This document shows, one piece after another, positions 35,189 to 44,583 of a stretch of 55,517 bases of DNA; position 1 is the stretch's first letter, and every line of letters begins with the position of its first letter. The notes beneath the pieces are model-generated. The model worked only from the letters and a program-made list of their open reading frames with translations. It ran no database searches and was not told the DNA's origin. The position numbers and the translations under genes are program-made. Origin of the DNA: an uncultured Eubacteriales bacterium. Its GTDB lineage: Bacteria; Acidobacteriota; Aminicenantia; Aminicenantales; Aminicenantaceae. The DNA lies in the NCBI GenBank assembly GCA_964347035.1, contig CAYFXE010000006.1, positions 30,096 through 85,612 of the forward strand. Direction: 5' to 3'.

Positions 35189-36533
35189 TTGGCTCACCTA
35201 AAATCTAACCCAACGAGGTATCGTTTACTCATTTAAAATCTAACTTTACTGTAAAGCCACCGTTTTATCAAAAACAGATAGTTTTTCATCTATGCCATGC
35301 CTCCTTTCAACTGATGTAAATATCCTCTCTAGTCCTCTCTCAATCTCTCTGCGCAACACAACAGGATTAAGACCCATATAATGCTTCCTAAACCCCTCTT
35401 TTATCTCGACGCAGACTTCCTCTGACTCTAATACCCGTTGAAAGGGAGTCTTGGCTCTATCATACTTTTTCACTTTCCGAGCGCCCACTCTCTTCTTATC
35501 CAGCAACTTCTGGACAGGCTGAAAATAATTCGTGTAATCCCTCAAGGAACCCGAATACAGCATATTCATCATATCCACCTGCTTCTGGCTATCTAGACGG
35601 ACATACCCAAAGATCTTTCTGACCGTCGTCCAGTTCTTCTGTTCCACATGGGCATTGTCGTTCTTCTTGTATGGCCGAGAACGGGTAAAAACGATCTTCT
35701 CTCTCCTACAGTATCTGAGTATCTGATCATTGATAAAAGAACTGTCATTATCCGAATCGATCCCACGCAGAGGAAAAGGCAGCCGCCGGGCAATCTCTTT
35801 TAGAGCTTCGTGGACCTTGGGCTGGGCTCGCCCTAATACCGCTTCTCTCTCTGACCAAGCCGTAGCTATGTCTGTATAGTTCAAGGTGTTTGCATAATGG
35901 CCAGCTGTCGAGTCCCCGCAATGAACCACAAGATCTATCTCCCCAAAACCTGGAGCACTCTCCTGCCATCTGCCTGTCCGCAGAGGAATCTGATGTTTTA
36001 GAAGAGTCCCTGGCTTGGTTGTCCCTCGCAGCCTCACCCCTCTCTCTTCCGGGCATCTCTCAACAACCGATCAATCGTCGCCCGACTGACCATCAGAAGC
36101 TTCGCCTCCGTCTCCCTCGATACATGAATCTCACCAAACTTCTTAAGAACAGATATCATCTCCGGAAGAAAAGGATGGAGCCTCGCTGAACAGATCCGAT
36201 CACAGACCTTCCATATCTTCTCTAATGCCTTCTCAACATCCAAACCGTACTTCCTATCTCTCCTCCTGACTTTCTTCTTCGGTCGATCTTTCTCATGCAT
36301 CTGATAGAGATTGAGTTTCCAGATGGCATATTTCCTGTTGTAGCCTGTGTTGGCACAGTACTCATCTAAGATCCCCGTCTTCTCTTTCCTATTTGCCTTG
36401 AGGTATCTGGGTAGGACTTTCAATGTGAGTTGATGTTTCGTGTTCATATTCATGCCTCCTGGTGTAAAGCATTTGGGTTAGATTTTAGATGAGTAAACGA
36501 TATGAGCTTCGGTTAGATTTTTATTTGAGCCAA
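35189..36533 (-). mobile_element. Insertion sequence (about 1.35 kb) with long imperfect terminal inverted repeats
   Basis: The left end 35189-35244 (ttggctcacctaaaatctaacc...tatcgtttactcatttaaaatctaac) matches the reverse complement of the right end 36477-36533 (gttagattttagatgagtaaacgata...ggttagatttttatttgagccaa). Each end carries the sub-repeat aaaatctaac twice. I see no clear target-site duplication, so the exact ends are approximate. Confidence 0.8.
35246..36453 (-). pseudogene. rve-type DDE transposase (IS481/ISNCY-like), split by a -1 frameshift
   Basis: ORF A (36453..36034) carries the HTH part and ends '...ATIDRLLRDARKREG*'. ORF B (36037..35246) carries the DDE core: 'EIDLVVH', 'GIDSDNDSSFIN', 'NAHVEQKNW'. 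The junction sits at a G4 run (plus-strand cccc, 36037-36040); one extra G would give ...KREGVRLRGTTKPG.... Confidence 0.8.
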
Positions 36534-36721
36534 CACGTTTGGAAAATGAGGTGTCAAGGCAATAGTTGATCGCCACATTTGAATCAAATTTTACTTTGTG
36601 GTATAAGTCCTAGGGTCACTACCGGGGATATGATGAATCCCGTAATAGGGAAGATTATCTGCATCAGCTAATGAAGCGGATTTTTATCTTCGTATCTACC
36701 AACAAATAAGAGGAGGGTTTT

Positions 36722-37357
36722 ATGACTATCAAAACATCAAATTTTGTATCAAACCGCAGAGAGTTCCTTAAGAATGTTCTGCCTGCAGGAACTCTGTTCT
36801 GCCTTGGATGCAGCCATCTTTTAGCGAAGCCAAATCCTGTGGATAAACAAGAAATCCCTGCAAAGAAACACAAATTCCTGGAAGATTCTGGAATGACTGT
36901 GGAAGAAGTTTTTAAGTTCGCTGCTGAAAATTTCGTTCCTTATCTGCAGAATCTAGCAGATGAAATCGGGAAAGAAAAATTTATTGAGATGTTAAAAAAG
37001 GTTTCCTTTGAACATACGGAAAAATTCATCGGAAGTGTTACGAAGGATTTACCAAAAAAAGACATGGCAGCTTTAGCTGATTTTATGACTAGCTTCCTAA
37101 ACTCATCTCCGTACAACAAGGCCCTTACCTATGAATTTACTGAAAAGTCCGATAAAGTCCTCGAAGTAAAATTTACCGAGTGCCTTTGGGCAAAAGTGTT
37201 CCGTGAAGTGAATGCCTCAGATATCGGATATGCTATTCACTGCTATCCCATCGATGCATGGGCCCGTGCTTTCAATCCTAAGATCAAAGGGACTCTTCCT
37301 AAGAATTTGATGGAAGGGCAGGACGTATGCATCGTTCGTTTTGTATGGATAGGATAG
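36722..37357 (+). CDS. Tat-exported protein, ATC-hydrolase-like (L-2-amino-thiazoline-4-carboxylate hydrolase family)
   Basis: It has a twin-arginine motif 'NRREFLKN' plus an h-region. The C-terminus 'FTECLWAKVFRE...IHCYPIDAWARAFNPKI...GQDVCIVRF' resembles that family (from memory). Confidence 0.5.
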   Translation: MTIKTSNFVSNRREFLKNVLPAGTLFCLGCSHLLAKPNPVDKQEIPAKKHKFLEDSGMTVEEVFKFAAENFVPYLQNLADEIGKEKFIEMLKKVSFEHTEKFIGSVTKDLPKKDMAALADFMTSFLNSSPYNKALTYEFTEKSDKVLEVKFTECLWAKVFREVNASDIGYAIHCYPIDAWARAFNPKIKGTLPKNLMEGQDVCIVRFVWIG

Positions 37358-37423
37358 CCAAAAGTTAGGCCTGTACAAAAATCGGATAATTTTTTTGTGT
37401 TTATGAAAAAATTTAAAAAAGTA

Positions 37424-37451
37424 TTGACAGAAGAAGTGGCTTTAATATAAT
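37424..37451 (+). promoter_or_regulatory. Near-consensus sigma-70 promoter with an A/T-rich UP-like tract and no downstream CDS
   Basis: It reads TTGACA (37424-37429), a 16 nt spacer, then TATAAT (37446-37451), preceded by aaaaaatttaaaaaagta. The next gene downstream is on the opposite strand. Confidence 0.6.
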
Positions 37452-37457
37452 GGGGCT

Positions 37458-37590
37458 GGTTCTCTTTGGCCGGCTGGAGAGGACTCCTACCATTAGGTTC
37501 CCATCAACCCCCCTTTTGCTGACAACAGCCGGCACCTATATTGTCACTTGCACAGGGGGTCTGAACCCTCTGGTACGCACTTTTTTAACT
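37458..37590 (+). ncRNA. Candidate small RNA (about 130 nt), class unknown
   Basis: It starts about 7 nt after the -10 box. An 8-bp long-range stem pairs gccggctg (37470-37477) with cagccggc (37526-37533). A 3' hairpin pairs caggggg with ccctctg, and a T6 run lies at 37581-37586. No ORF is present, and it lies between convergent genes. Confidence 0.3.
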
Positions 37591-37683
37591 TATAAACTAA
37601 ATTTGAAAATAACAAGAGGTAAATAATGGGTATATAATGGGTGTATAAAATACCTATTTAGAGCTAGCGGAATCGAACAAGGC

Positions 37684-39135
37684 TTAGAGCGCGCGCAGAA
37701 AAGCGATCAAGTTGATACCTCTGTTTAATATACCAAATTTTCGTCTGATATTTTTTCGATGTTTCTCTACTGTCTGGTTGGAGATACTTAAAAGTCGTGA
37801 AATATCTTTGCTTTTGAGCCCTCCCCTGATCATGCTGCAAATTTCTATCTCTCTCGGCGTGAGCCTGGTGCTGTTTTCTTTGACGCGGCTTCCGAATGAA
37901 GAAGCTAATCCTTTTAGGTGATGTTCAAGTAATTGAACATATTTTTGAGAAGTTTTTCCATTCTTAAGCCCTTCTAAAATTGGGGATAAAACAGTATCCA
38001 CATTGGTTGCTATATCCTCTTTTATTTTTCTTTTTTCTATCTCAATCTGGGCTATAATCTCTCTGAGAGCTATGTTTTTTTGTTCTAAAGCTAATGCTTG
38101 TTTTTGTAACTTTGTTTGGGACCTTCTGAGCTTTTCTTCACTCTGTCTTAATTCCTTCTCGGCTCGCTTTCGTTCTTTTATTTCCTTTTTCATCTGTTTG
38201 ATTGCAGTCGTAAGTTCTTGGGTTCGATCTTCCACTTCTCGTTCCAATATATCATGAGCTTTCTGTAAAGCTTCTTCTGCCTCTTTCCTATCAGTGATTT
38301 CGCTCCAGTAGCCGATTATTTCGAGTGGTTTCCCCTCTTCATCCTTCACCAACTTCATCTCATCTCTCATCCAAATATATGTCCCATTCTTAATCCTGAA
38401 GCGGTATTCGTAGGTGTGATAATCCTTATCGAATATCTGAGGCACTTCGTTTTGAACGATCTGCACATCATCTGGATGGACATGGCTGATCCAGAAATTC
38501 GTTTTCTCGATAAAATCTTCTGGTTTGTATCCTGTCATTTGAGTCACGTTATCGGTTATAAAAGTCGCTCCATAATCGCCACTGATCTCTGCTGAATAAA
38601 TAACGGCCGAAGTGGAAGAAAGCAAATATTGCAGCCTCTCATTAGCCAAAAGAATCTGCTGCTCTGTGTTTTTCTGCTCACTGATATCTATGAATGAACC
38701 AAACATATACTTTGGCTGACCTGATTCATCTTCGATAACACTTGCCGCAAACTGAACACTAAACAAGGAACCATCCTTTTTCTTCCCGATATCTACTCCT
38801 GTTCTCCGCCTCTTTTCACTTAACGCTTTGATGGTCTTCTGGATTCCCTCTCCTTCCCAGAATTCTGGTAAATACCTCCCAAGAATCTCTTCTTTACTGT
38901 TGTAACCCCACATTTTTACACATGAGTCATTAACATATACCAATTTTCCCTTCATGTCGGTAATTCCTATGGCATTTATCGAGGATGCTATAGCATGTTC
39001 GAGAATGTTCAAATCTATACCTGTTTTTTTCTTCTTCACCTTTGCCTTTTCCGATTCCGAAAACTTATTGTGGAGTGTAGCAGATTCATTTATATGGGTT
39101 TTTTTTCTCTTTTTATAGTTTTTCATCTGAGTCAT
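37684..39135 (-). CDS. PAS-PAS / coiled-coil / LuxR-type HTH transcriptional regulator
   Basis: It has two PAS-like segments ('ITDMKGKLVYVNDSCVKMWGY', 'FITDNVTQMTGYKPEDF'). A K/E-rich coiled coil follows. The C-terminus is 'LTPREIEICSMIRGGLKSKDISRLLSISNQTVEKHRKNIRRKFG'. Confidence 0.85.
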   Translation of the reverse strand: MTQMKNYKKRKKTHINESATLHNKFSESEKAKVKKKKTGIDLNILEHAIASSINAIGITDMKGKLVYVNDSCVKMWGYNSKEEILGRYLPEFWEGEGIQKTIKALSEKRRRTGVDIGKKKDGSLFSVQFAASVIEDESGQPKYMFGSFIDISEQKNTEQQILLANERLQYLLSSTSAVIYSAEISGDYGATFITDNVTQMTGYKPEDFIEKTNFWISHVHPDDVQIVQNEVPQIFDKDYHTYEYRFRIKNGTYIWMRDEMKLVKDEEGKPLEIIGYWSEITDRKEAEEALQKAHDILEREVEDRTQELTTAIKQMKKEIKERKRAEKELRQSEEKLRRSQTKLQKQALALEQKNIALREIIAQIEIEKRKIKEDIATNVDTVLSPILEGLKNGKTSQKYVQLLEHHLKGLASSFGSRVKENSTRLTPREIEICSMIRGGLKSKDISRLLSISNQTVEKHRKNIRRKFGILNRGINLIAFLRAL

Positions 39136-39307
39136 TCAAGTGGGATACTACCTTTACATCATATTATTTCTACACAGTTATTCCCTAAAGAAATCTAGCA
39201 CTCTGAAATAGAATAGTCAAGGTAGCCCTTTCACGTCTATTTTAATATCGCGACAAAGATGATTCATATACTCTTAATTCGCATCTAAAAAAATGCATGT
39301 TGGCTGT

Positions 39308-39463
39308 CTATTTCCACTCGATTCTATACCGCTTTATAACCGGAATCCCTTTCTCATCTGCCTTAATCAGGCAATAGGCTCTGTTATTCTTTATCGTAGT
39401 TATCAGTTCATTATCAGGATGACGAAATTTTGCTATATATCTCCCTCCCGGGTCAAAAACATC
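39308..39463 (-). other. In-frame coding continuation (51 aa + TAG) beyond the TAA of the beta-propeller gene
   Basis: Directly after TAA 39466-39464 the same frame reads DVFDPGGRYIAKFRHPDNELITTIKNNRAYCLIKADEKGIPVIKRYRIEWK, then TAG (39310-39308). 'VFDPGGRYIAKF' mirrors the internal blade motif 'VYNRDGKFLRKF'. Confidence 0.65.
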
Positions 39464-40447
39464 TTAATAAATTTTATCCTGCTTTGCTCTTGCAAAGGTT
39501 CGCACATATATCCGACCTTCATCACCACATATAAAATTGCTATAAATAGGGTAATGTTTGGGCCAATGACCGGGAATTTTGATCACAGGAGAGGGTAAGG
39601 ATCGGTTCGGGTATCTCCGCCTAAACTCTCTTTTTAAATTTTCTTTGGTAATTTTTATCGGTGTGTAAGCCTTTACAATTCGTTTGATCAATTTCCCATC
39701 TCTGTCATGGATATTCAATTCATATTTGAAGGTTCTTCCCCAAATCAATGAATCGTCTTCGATAACCTGAAAATGATAGAGCTCTGTCAGTTCTGCTGGC
39801 GGAGGTTTTGGGGGCATCTCCATTGATGTGATCGTCATTATTCGCTTGAACTCTTGATCGAATTTCACCAAATCTTGAGTAATCTTTTTTCCTAAAGTCA
39901 CGATATGTCCGTAAACATATCCTCGGGAATCAGCCAAAGCTTGAAATGGACGGTATTTTCCTGTGCTTATCTCTTTAAGACATCTCCCATTTTTGGAGTA
40001 ATAAGAGAAACGGTTGTTACCCCGATCCATTATCGTGATATCTTTTCCTCTAACTAAATGGAATCTATACGGTGATTGAATCTCTCCAGGCCCCTGTCCT
40101 TTTGTCCCGAATTTTCTGAGAAACTTGCCATCTCTGTTGTAAACCTTTATGCACATTTCCTTCCGATCAAAGACGATGATGTCTCCTTCCTCGTCCGCAT
40201 GAACAGAATTCAATGAGGAAAACATATATTTTTCATCCCTGTTTTTTCCGCCGATACGGAGATCTTCTGTTAGTATCAATTTATTGGGAATATCCGGTAA
40301 GAGGACAGGTTTTTTGGGATTATAGACAACTTTCACGCTATCTTCTTGTTTGATCATGACCTTTTGTGCTTGCAGAGGAAAAATCAAAAAAGCGCAAATA
40401 CAAAAAAGTCCTATAAAATAACTTAGGACGATAGATTTTCTAATCAT
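39464..40447 (-). CDS. 6-bladed beta-propeller (NHL-like) protein, apparently truncated by a premature TAA
   Basis: It has a signal or anchor N-terminus. Blade motifs repeat: 'DIIVFDRKEMCIKVYNRDGKFLRKFG', 'ITIMDRGNNRFSYYSKNGR', 'LNIHDRDGKLIKRI'. The last blade continues past the stop. Confidence 0.75.
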   Translation of the reverse strand: MIRKSIVLSYFIGLFCICAFLIFPLQAQKVMIKQEDSVKVVYNPKKPVLLPDIPNKLILTEDLRIGGKNRDEKYMFSSLNSVHADEEGDIIVFDRKEMCIKVYNRDGKFLRKFGTKGQGPGEIQSPYRFHLVRGKDITIMDRGNNRFSYYSKNGRCLKEISTGKYRPFQALADSRGYVYGHIVTLGKKITQDLVKFDQEFKRIMTITSMEMPPKPPPAELTELYHFQVIEDDSLIWGRTFKYELNIHDRDGKLIKRIVKAYTPIKITKENLKREFRRRYPNRSLPSPVIKIPGHWPKHYPIYSNFICGDEGRIYVRTFARAKQDKIY

Positions 40448-40464
40448 AACAAGCTCCTATTCTC

Positions 40465-42477
40465 CTAATCCTTCTTAGAGGCGGGTTTTAATAGGTACTC
40501 CTTGGCTTTGTCGTAATAAAAATAGAAACGGGGATGGCGTCCCATGGTGATCGTCTTCTGATAAAAGGAGATGGCCTCCTGGCGCATTCCCAGCAAATCA
40601 TGACAAATACCCAACCACAAGTGCAATACCTGTACGATTTGTTCGTGCGGCCAGGGCATCAGATGAAAATCTAAATCTCCGTCGAGCGCCTGTGTGTAAT
40701 ATTTGATAGCCAGCTCATACTGATCCTGGCGATAAGCGGTATTTCCTCTTTCTAATGCAGGCCAAGAACGAGCAGGATCTATCCAGAGAGCCCGGTCAAA
40801 CAGCCTCTCCGCCTCCTCGTATTTCTTCCGGAACAACAGCTTCCGGCCCATCGACGTGTATATCCAGATTTTTATATCATCATCCCAACGCAGCACTTTG
40901 AATTCAGGATCTAACAGCACCAATTCCGGCCTGAAAGAAAGCTCAAACCGAAAGGGATTCTCTTCATCTTCTACGATCATTCTGTGCGCAAATTTTCGTT
41001 CTCCCTTCAAGGCAACGACCTCTACAGGCATCCGGAATTTAATCCGTTTCTGTATGATCTTCCCCTCGACTTCAAATCCTCCTTTCTCCTCTTCATCAAA
41101 ATGATAGTCTAACTCGTACTCGGGAACTCCTGTCCCGTATACCCATTGTTCAAAGAACCAACTGAGAGACTGACCGTAAACTCTTTCGGCCAGCATCTCC
41201 AGATCCCGGATTTCTACGGCTTTCATGTAGAAATCTCGGATAAGACTCTTCATCATCCTGAAAAAGCCCTCATCTCCTATGATGTGTCGAAGCATATGGA
41301 ATATGTAAGACCCTTTGGCATACAGAAACTCCCCTCCCTTCTCCAGGGTATAATATTTTGTTATGGGAGCCCTTTCATTTCCAGCCAGCGCCGCCATCCT
41401 CTGCGCCTCTAAGTCGACTCTAAATCGCTCTTCACCCCTCATCGAGCGAATATACAACCTGGACAGATATTCAGCAGGAGCTTCCATCAGCAAACAGTAA
41501 TCCTCCGGTGTCTTCGCCTGAACCACACCTCCAAACCAGTGATGAGCCAGCTCATGACTCCATGTCCAATCAGAGTAAATGTATTTCAGAGAGAATTGAT
41601 TGAAGTCAATATAAGTGAGGCCGTTGAGTCCAACCGGTCTCGTTTTGGAGTGCGCGGTCACAAGATATAGGATCGGATAGGGATATGGACAGAGAAGGCT
41701 CCCATAATATTCCAGGATTGCTCTGGCCTTTTCCGCTGCGGCTTTTGCCGTGAAAGGCTCTTCAGTATCCATGTAGACTGCTATTTTGGGCGCTTGATCC
41801 TCGAAGACATATCTTCTGAAGCGGCCGGCAAACACGAAGTAGTAGTTGGAAGACCCAAAGCTTCTCCATCGGGATATCTTTTTATCATCCAGCATCTCAG
41901 AGGAAACCTCATGTCCACTGGTTAATATTTCGAAATCTTTGGGTATGGTGAAAGCAAAATCGGCAGGAGCCTGGTCGCAGTAGTAATCGTTGACAGGATA
42001 CCACTTACGCAGATAAAAAAACCGATGCCGGCCTAACTCATCGTCTGGTTCCTGCTCTCCTGTCTTACTCTTAAGTGGTGGAAAACGACACACATAATCC
42101 AGATGAATCATACAGCTTTTTGTTTTCTTCGAAGGTTCGGCAAGATAAATCACAACGTAGTCAGCTCCCTCTGGCATCGTGAATTTAAGAGTGTTCCCTT
42201 CCTTATCATTCACCGATCGAATCTCAATCCTCCGATCAAGCTCGAAAATAACAAAATCCAATTGAGCTTCTTTCAATTCGAATGTTACGACCGCTTTTGC
42301 CTTAACTTCTGTTGAATCTGCGAGAAATTCTGCCCGAAGTTCGTAGCGGGTAATGTCTATATCGGGAAATTCTTCCATACCAGGGATGTAATCTGATTGT
42401 GAAAAGGCTACCACCGGCCAACACAAAAAAACCACTACGACAATGGTCAGCCTCAGAAATCTCGCCCAAAATTTCAT
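40465..42477 (-). CDS. M1-family zinc metallopeptidase (aminopeptidase N-like) with C-terminal TPR
   Basis: The gluzincin motif is 'WSHELAHHWFGG...LLMEAPAEY'. It has a signal peptide and a TPR-like tail ('YEEAERLFDRALWIDP', 'YELAIKYYTQALD'). Confidence 0.85.
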   Translation of the reverse strand: MKFWARFLRLTIVVVVFLCWPVVAFSQSDYIPGMEEFPDIDITRYELRAEFLADSTEVKAKAVVTFELKEAQLDFVIFELDRRIEIRSVNDKEGNTLKFTMPEGADYVVIYLAEPSKKTKSCMIHLDYVCRFPPLKSKTGEQEPDDELGRHRFFYLRKWYPVNDYYCDQAPADFAFTIPKDFEILTSGHEVSSEMLDDKKISRWRSFGSSNYYFVFAGRFRRYVFEDQAPKIAVYMDTEEPFTAKAAAEKARAILEYYGSLLCPYPYPILYLVTAHSKTRPVGLNGLTYIDFNQFSLKYIYSDWTWSHELAHHWFGGVVQAKTPEDYCLLMEAPAEYLSRLYIRSMRGEERFRVDLEAQRMAALAGNERAPITKYYTLEKGGEFLYAKGSYIFHMLRHIIGDEGFFRMMKSLIRDFYMKAVEIRDLEMLAERVYGQSLSWFFEQWVYGTGVPEYELDYHFDEEEKGGFEVEGKIIQKRIKFRMPVEVVALKGERKFAHRMIVEDEENPFRFELSFRPELVLLDPEFKVLRWDDDIKIWIYTSMGRKLLFRKKYEEAERLFDRALWIDPARSWPALERGNTAYRQDQYELAIKYYTQALDGDLDFHLMPWPHEQIVQVLHLWLGICHDLLGMRQEAISFYQKTITMGRHPRFYFYYDKAKEYLLKPASKKD

Positions 42478-42563
42478 CTAAGCTTGCCTATCTTGTCTCC
42501 TTGCACAGGAATAAGTGAGGAAGTTTCTTCTTCTCTCTCAATAAGCTAAAAATCTTCCCAACA

Positions 42564-44345
42564 CTACTTTTTTTTCAGCTCTTTCAACCGCTTTTCCACC
42601 TCTTCCTCTTCTTCCCCACCTAAATAGAGGTATTTCTCATAATGGGAAATAGCCTTTTCGATGAGTTTTTCATCTTGTCCAGATCGAGCTTGAAAGATCT
42701 TCCCGATCTCATAATACGGTTCAGGATCATTGGGTTCCAGCTCTACAGCCCTCTTAAAGTGCCCTAAAGCCTCCTCCAACAAATTCTCTTCAATATATAA
42801 CCTACCCAGAGACTTATGCGCCCGAAAAGAAACTGGCCTCTTCATAACGATCAAAGAAATGGCCAGCTCATCTTCTGAGATCTCATCTCTTCTTCTCACT
42901 TCCTTTTTTCCTTTTTCGTATTGAATCGCTTTCTTCCAGGAATCCTCAGCCTCTTCATATCTTTTTAGTTCATGATAAGCACATCCCAAATTATAGTACC
43001 CCATAGCATCTTTTGAACGGATCGCAACGACTTCCTTATAGGATTCTACAGATCGTTCGTAATCATGCATCTTAAAATATACGTTTCCCATCAAGTCGTG
43101 GGCATCCTTAAAACCTGGCTTAATCTCAACGGCCCGCAGCGCATATTTTAAGGCTTTATCTAATTTATTGGAGGCATTATAAAGCTGTCCAAGGTTATAA
43201 TTCATCTCGGGACTTTTATCCTCTATCTCTAAAAAATTCCATAGAAGGGCCTCAGCTTCCCGTAATTTTCCATCCCTCAACAGGAATAAAGCGGATTCAT
43301 TAATCTCCTCATAATCAACCGGGCCGAGGTTCATTAATGGATAAGTGTATTCTAATTCACTTTTGTCGATGAGATTTTTGGTCAGCTCTAAGTCTTTCAA
43401 GGAATATTTGAGATCATACTTTTCAAAAACATCGTGCAGTGAAATCCTGAGAAACCTTTCGAATAACTGTGACGCTTTCTCATACTTATGCTGTTTGTCG
43501 TATAAGATAGCCAGGTTTCTCATGGCTTCCACCAGATAAGGCTTCATCTCTAGGGTCTGTTCAAAACATAAAGTGGCATTTTCGATATCATTGAGTTTAT
43601 AGTGGATATATCCTTTAATGAAATAAAACTCAGCCTGAGGTCCTTTGAGCATTAGAGCTTCTTGTGTCTCATTTAACGCCTTGTCCCAGTCCTCTTTCTC
43701 TAATTCAATATCTATCTGTTGAAGAGTACATCTTATAGGATCATATCCCCATTTTTTCGCCAACCTGAAATGCTCTCCGGCCTCTGAAAAGTTACCTTTT
43801 TTCTTGCGATAGAGGCCCAGGATGAAATTCGGCAAGCCGATATTGGGATCTTCCATTTTTATTTCTTTGAGGACACCCTGAAGCCATTTATCTCTGAGCA
43901 GCTGAAATGGAAATCTAAATCCCTTTCTTAGAGCTTTCTTCTGAATATAGCTGCGAAATCTTTTGTTATGAGCCTTACAGACTTCCGCAGCCTCTTCGAA
44001 TCTATCCTGTTTAAAATAAACAAATCCAAGAAGGGTGTAGGCTTCATAGTCTTTAGGAAAAAAAGTGATTTCCTCTTTCAATGAGTTTATCGCTTTTTCA
44101 TATTCCCCTAACTTGAAATAGGCATATCCCAATTTTGATCTAATGCCTCGGATCATGGGATTTTTTTCTACCACCTGATTGTAAAAATTAGCCGCCCCCT
44201 CATGATTCTGGAGAAACATCATGCGGTTGGCAATTTCCAGTGGATCTTTACCAGTTTGAGGATACAAATGATTCCCGCCGCAGATGAGAATCATAAAAAA
44301 AATAAAGATGACTTTTTGAGCAGCCTTTGTTTTATTTAAAATCAT
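42564..44345 (-). CDS. TPR-repeat protein (secreted)
   Basis: It has a signal-like N-terminus. Many 34-aa TPR units are present ('YEKAINSLKEEITFFPKDYEAY', 'YEEAEDSWKKAIQYE', and others). Confidence 0.85.
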   Translation of the reverse strand: MILNKTKAAQKVIFIFFMILICGGNHLYPQTGKDPLEIANRMMFLQNHEGAANFYNQVVEKNPMIRGIRSKLGYAYFKLGEYEKAINSLKEEITFFPKDYEAYTLLGFVYFKQDRFEEAAEVCKAHNKRFRSYIQKKALRKGFRFPFQLLRDKWLQGVLKEIKMEDPNIGLPNFILGLYRKKKGNFSEAGEHFRLAKKWGYDPIRCTLQQIDIELEKEDWDKALNETQEALMLKGPQAEFYFIKGYIHYKLNDIENATLCFEQTLEMKPYLVEAMRNLAILYDKQHKYEKASQLFERFLRISLHDVFEKYDLKYSLKDLELTKNLIDKSELEYTYPLMNLGPVDYEEINESALFLLRDGKLREAEALLWNFLEIEDKSPEMNYNLGQLYNASNKLDKALKYALRAVEIKPGFKDAHDLMGNVYFKMHDYERSVESYKEVVAIRSKDAMGYYNLGCAYHELKRYEEAEDSWKKAIQYEKGKKEVRRRDEISEDELAISLIVMKRPVSFRAHKSLGRLYIEENLLEEALGHFKRAVELEPNDPEPYYEIGKIFQARSGQDEKLIEKAISHYEKYLYLGGEEEEEVEKRLKELKKK

Positions 44346-44511
44346 CGATGATTATTTAATACCCCCACGGTTAGAATAGCAAATTATGTGCCAATTACGA
44401 TAGGGATTTTACTATATTTTCAGGAGTCTTTCTGTTTAATTTCATAACAGATGTAAAATTTATTTACATATGATTATTGTCCATTCTGGGAATGTCTCTT
44501 CTATTCTTCCC

Positions 44512-44541
44512 TTGACTTGCTCCTCTTCAAATCTTTATGAT
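44512..44541 (+). promoter_or_regulatory. Sigma-70-like promoter for the TSUP gene
   Basis: It reads TTGACT (44512-44517), an 18 nt spacer, then TATGAT (44536-44541). It lies inside the long track ORF, which argues for the downstream ATG at 44584. Confidence 0.35.
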
Positions 44542-44583
44542 GTTCCTTCAATAAAATCTGCTCTTGTCGGAGATGCATCTATA

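Noticed and set aside
37458-37590. Glycine riboswitch, SRP RNA or RNase P identity for the candidate sRNA (it contains ctggagaggactcc)
   Set aside because: Only a short GGAGAG-like piece matches the glycine aptamer, and the CACCG/GGACA elements are absent. It has no SRP domain IV motif (GGAAGCAGC) and no RNase P GAGGAAAGUCC. No downstream gene lies on that strand for a riboswitch to control.
27198-39466. Whether the three in-frame TAA codons mean TAA is reassigned to a sense codon in this organism
   Set aside because: TAA clearly terminates ordinary genes here. Examples are 1320-1322, followed at once by the GGAGG RBS and ATG of the next gene, and 6042-6044, 4101-4103, 8405-8407 and 11408-11410. 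TAG and TGA are used as well. Global recoding is therefore not supported; local nonsense mutations or polymorphism fit better.
39293-39598. Plus-strand ORF of 101 aa
   Set aside because: It is antisense to the beta-propeller gene and its post-TAA continuation. The minus-strand frame carries the recognisable blade motif, so this is a shadow ORF.
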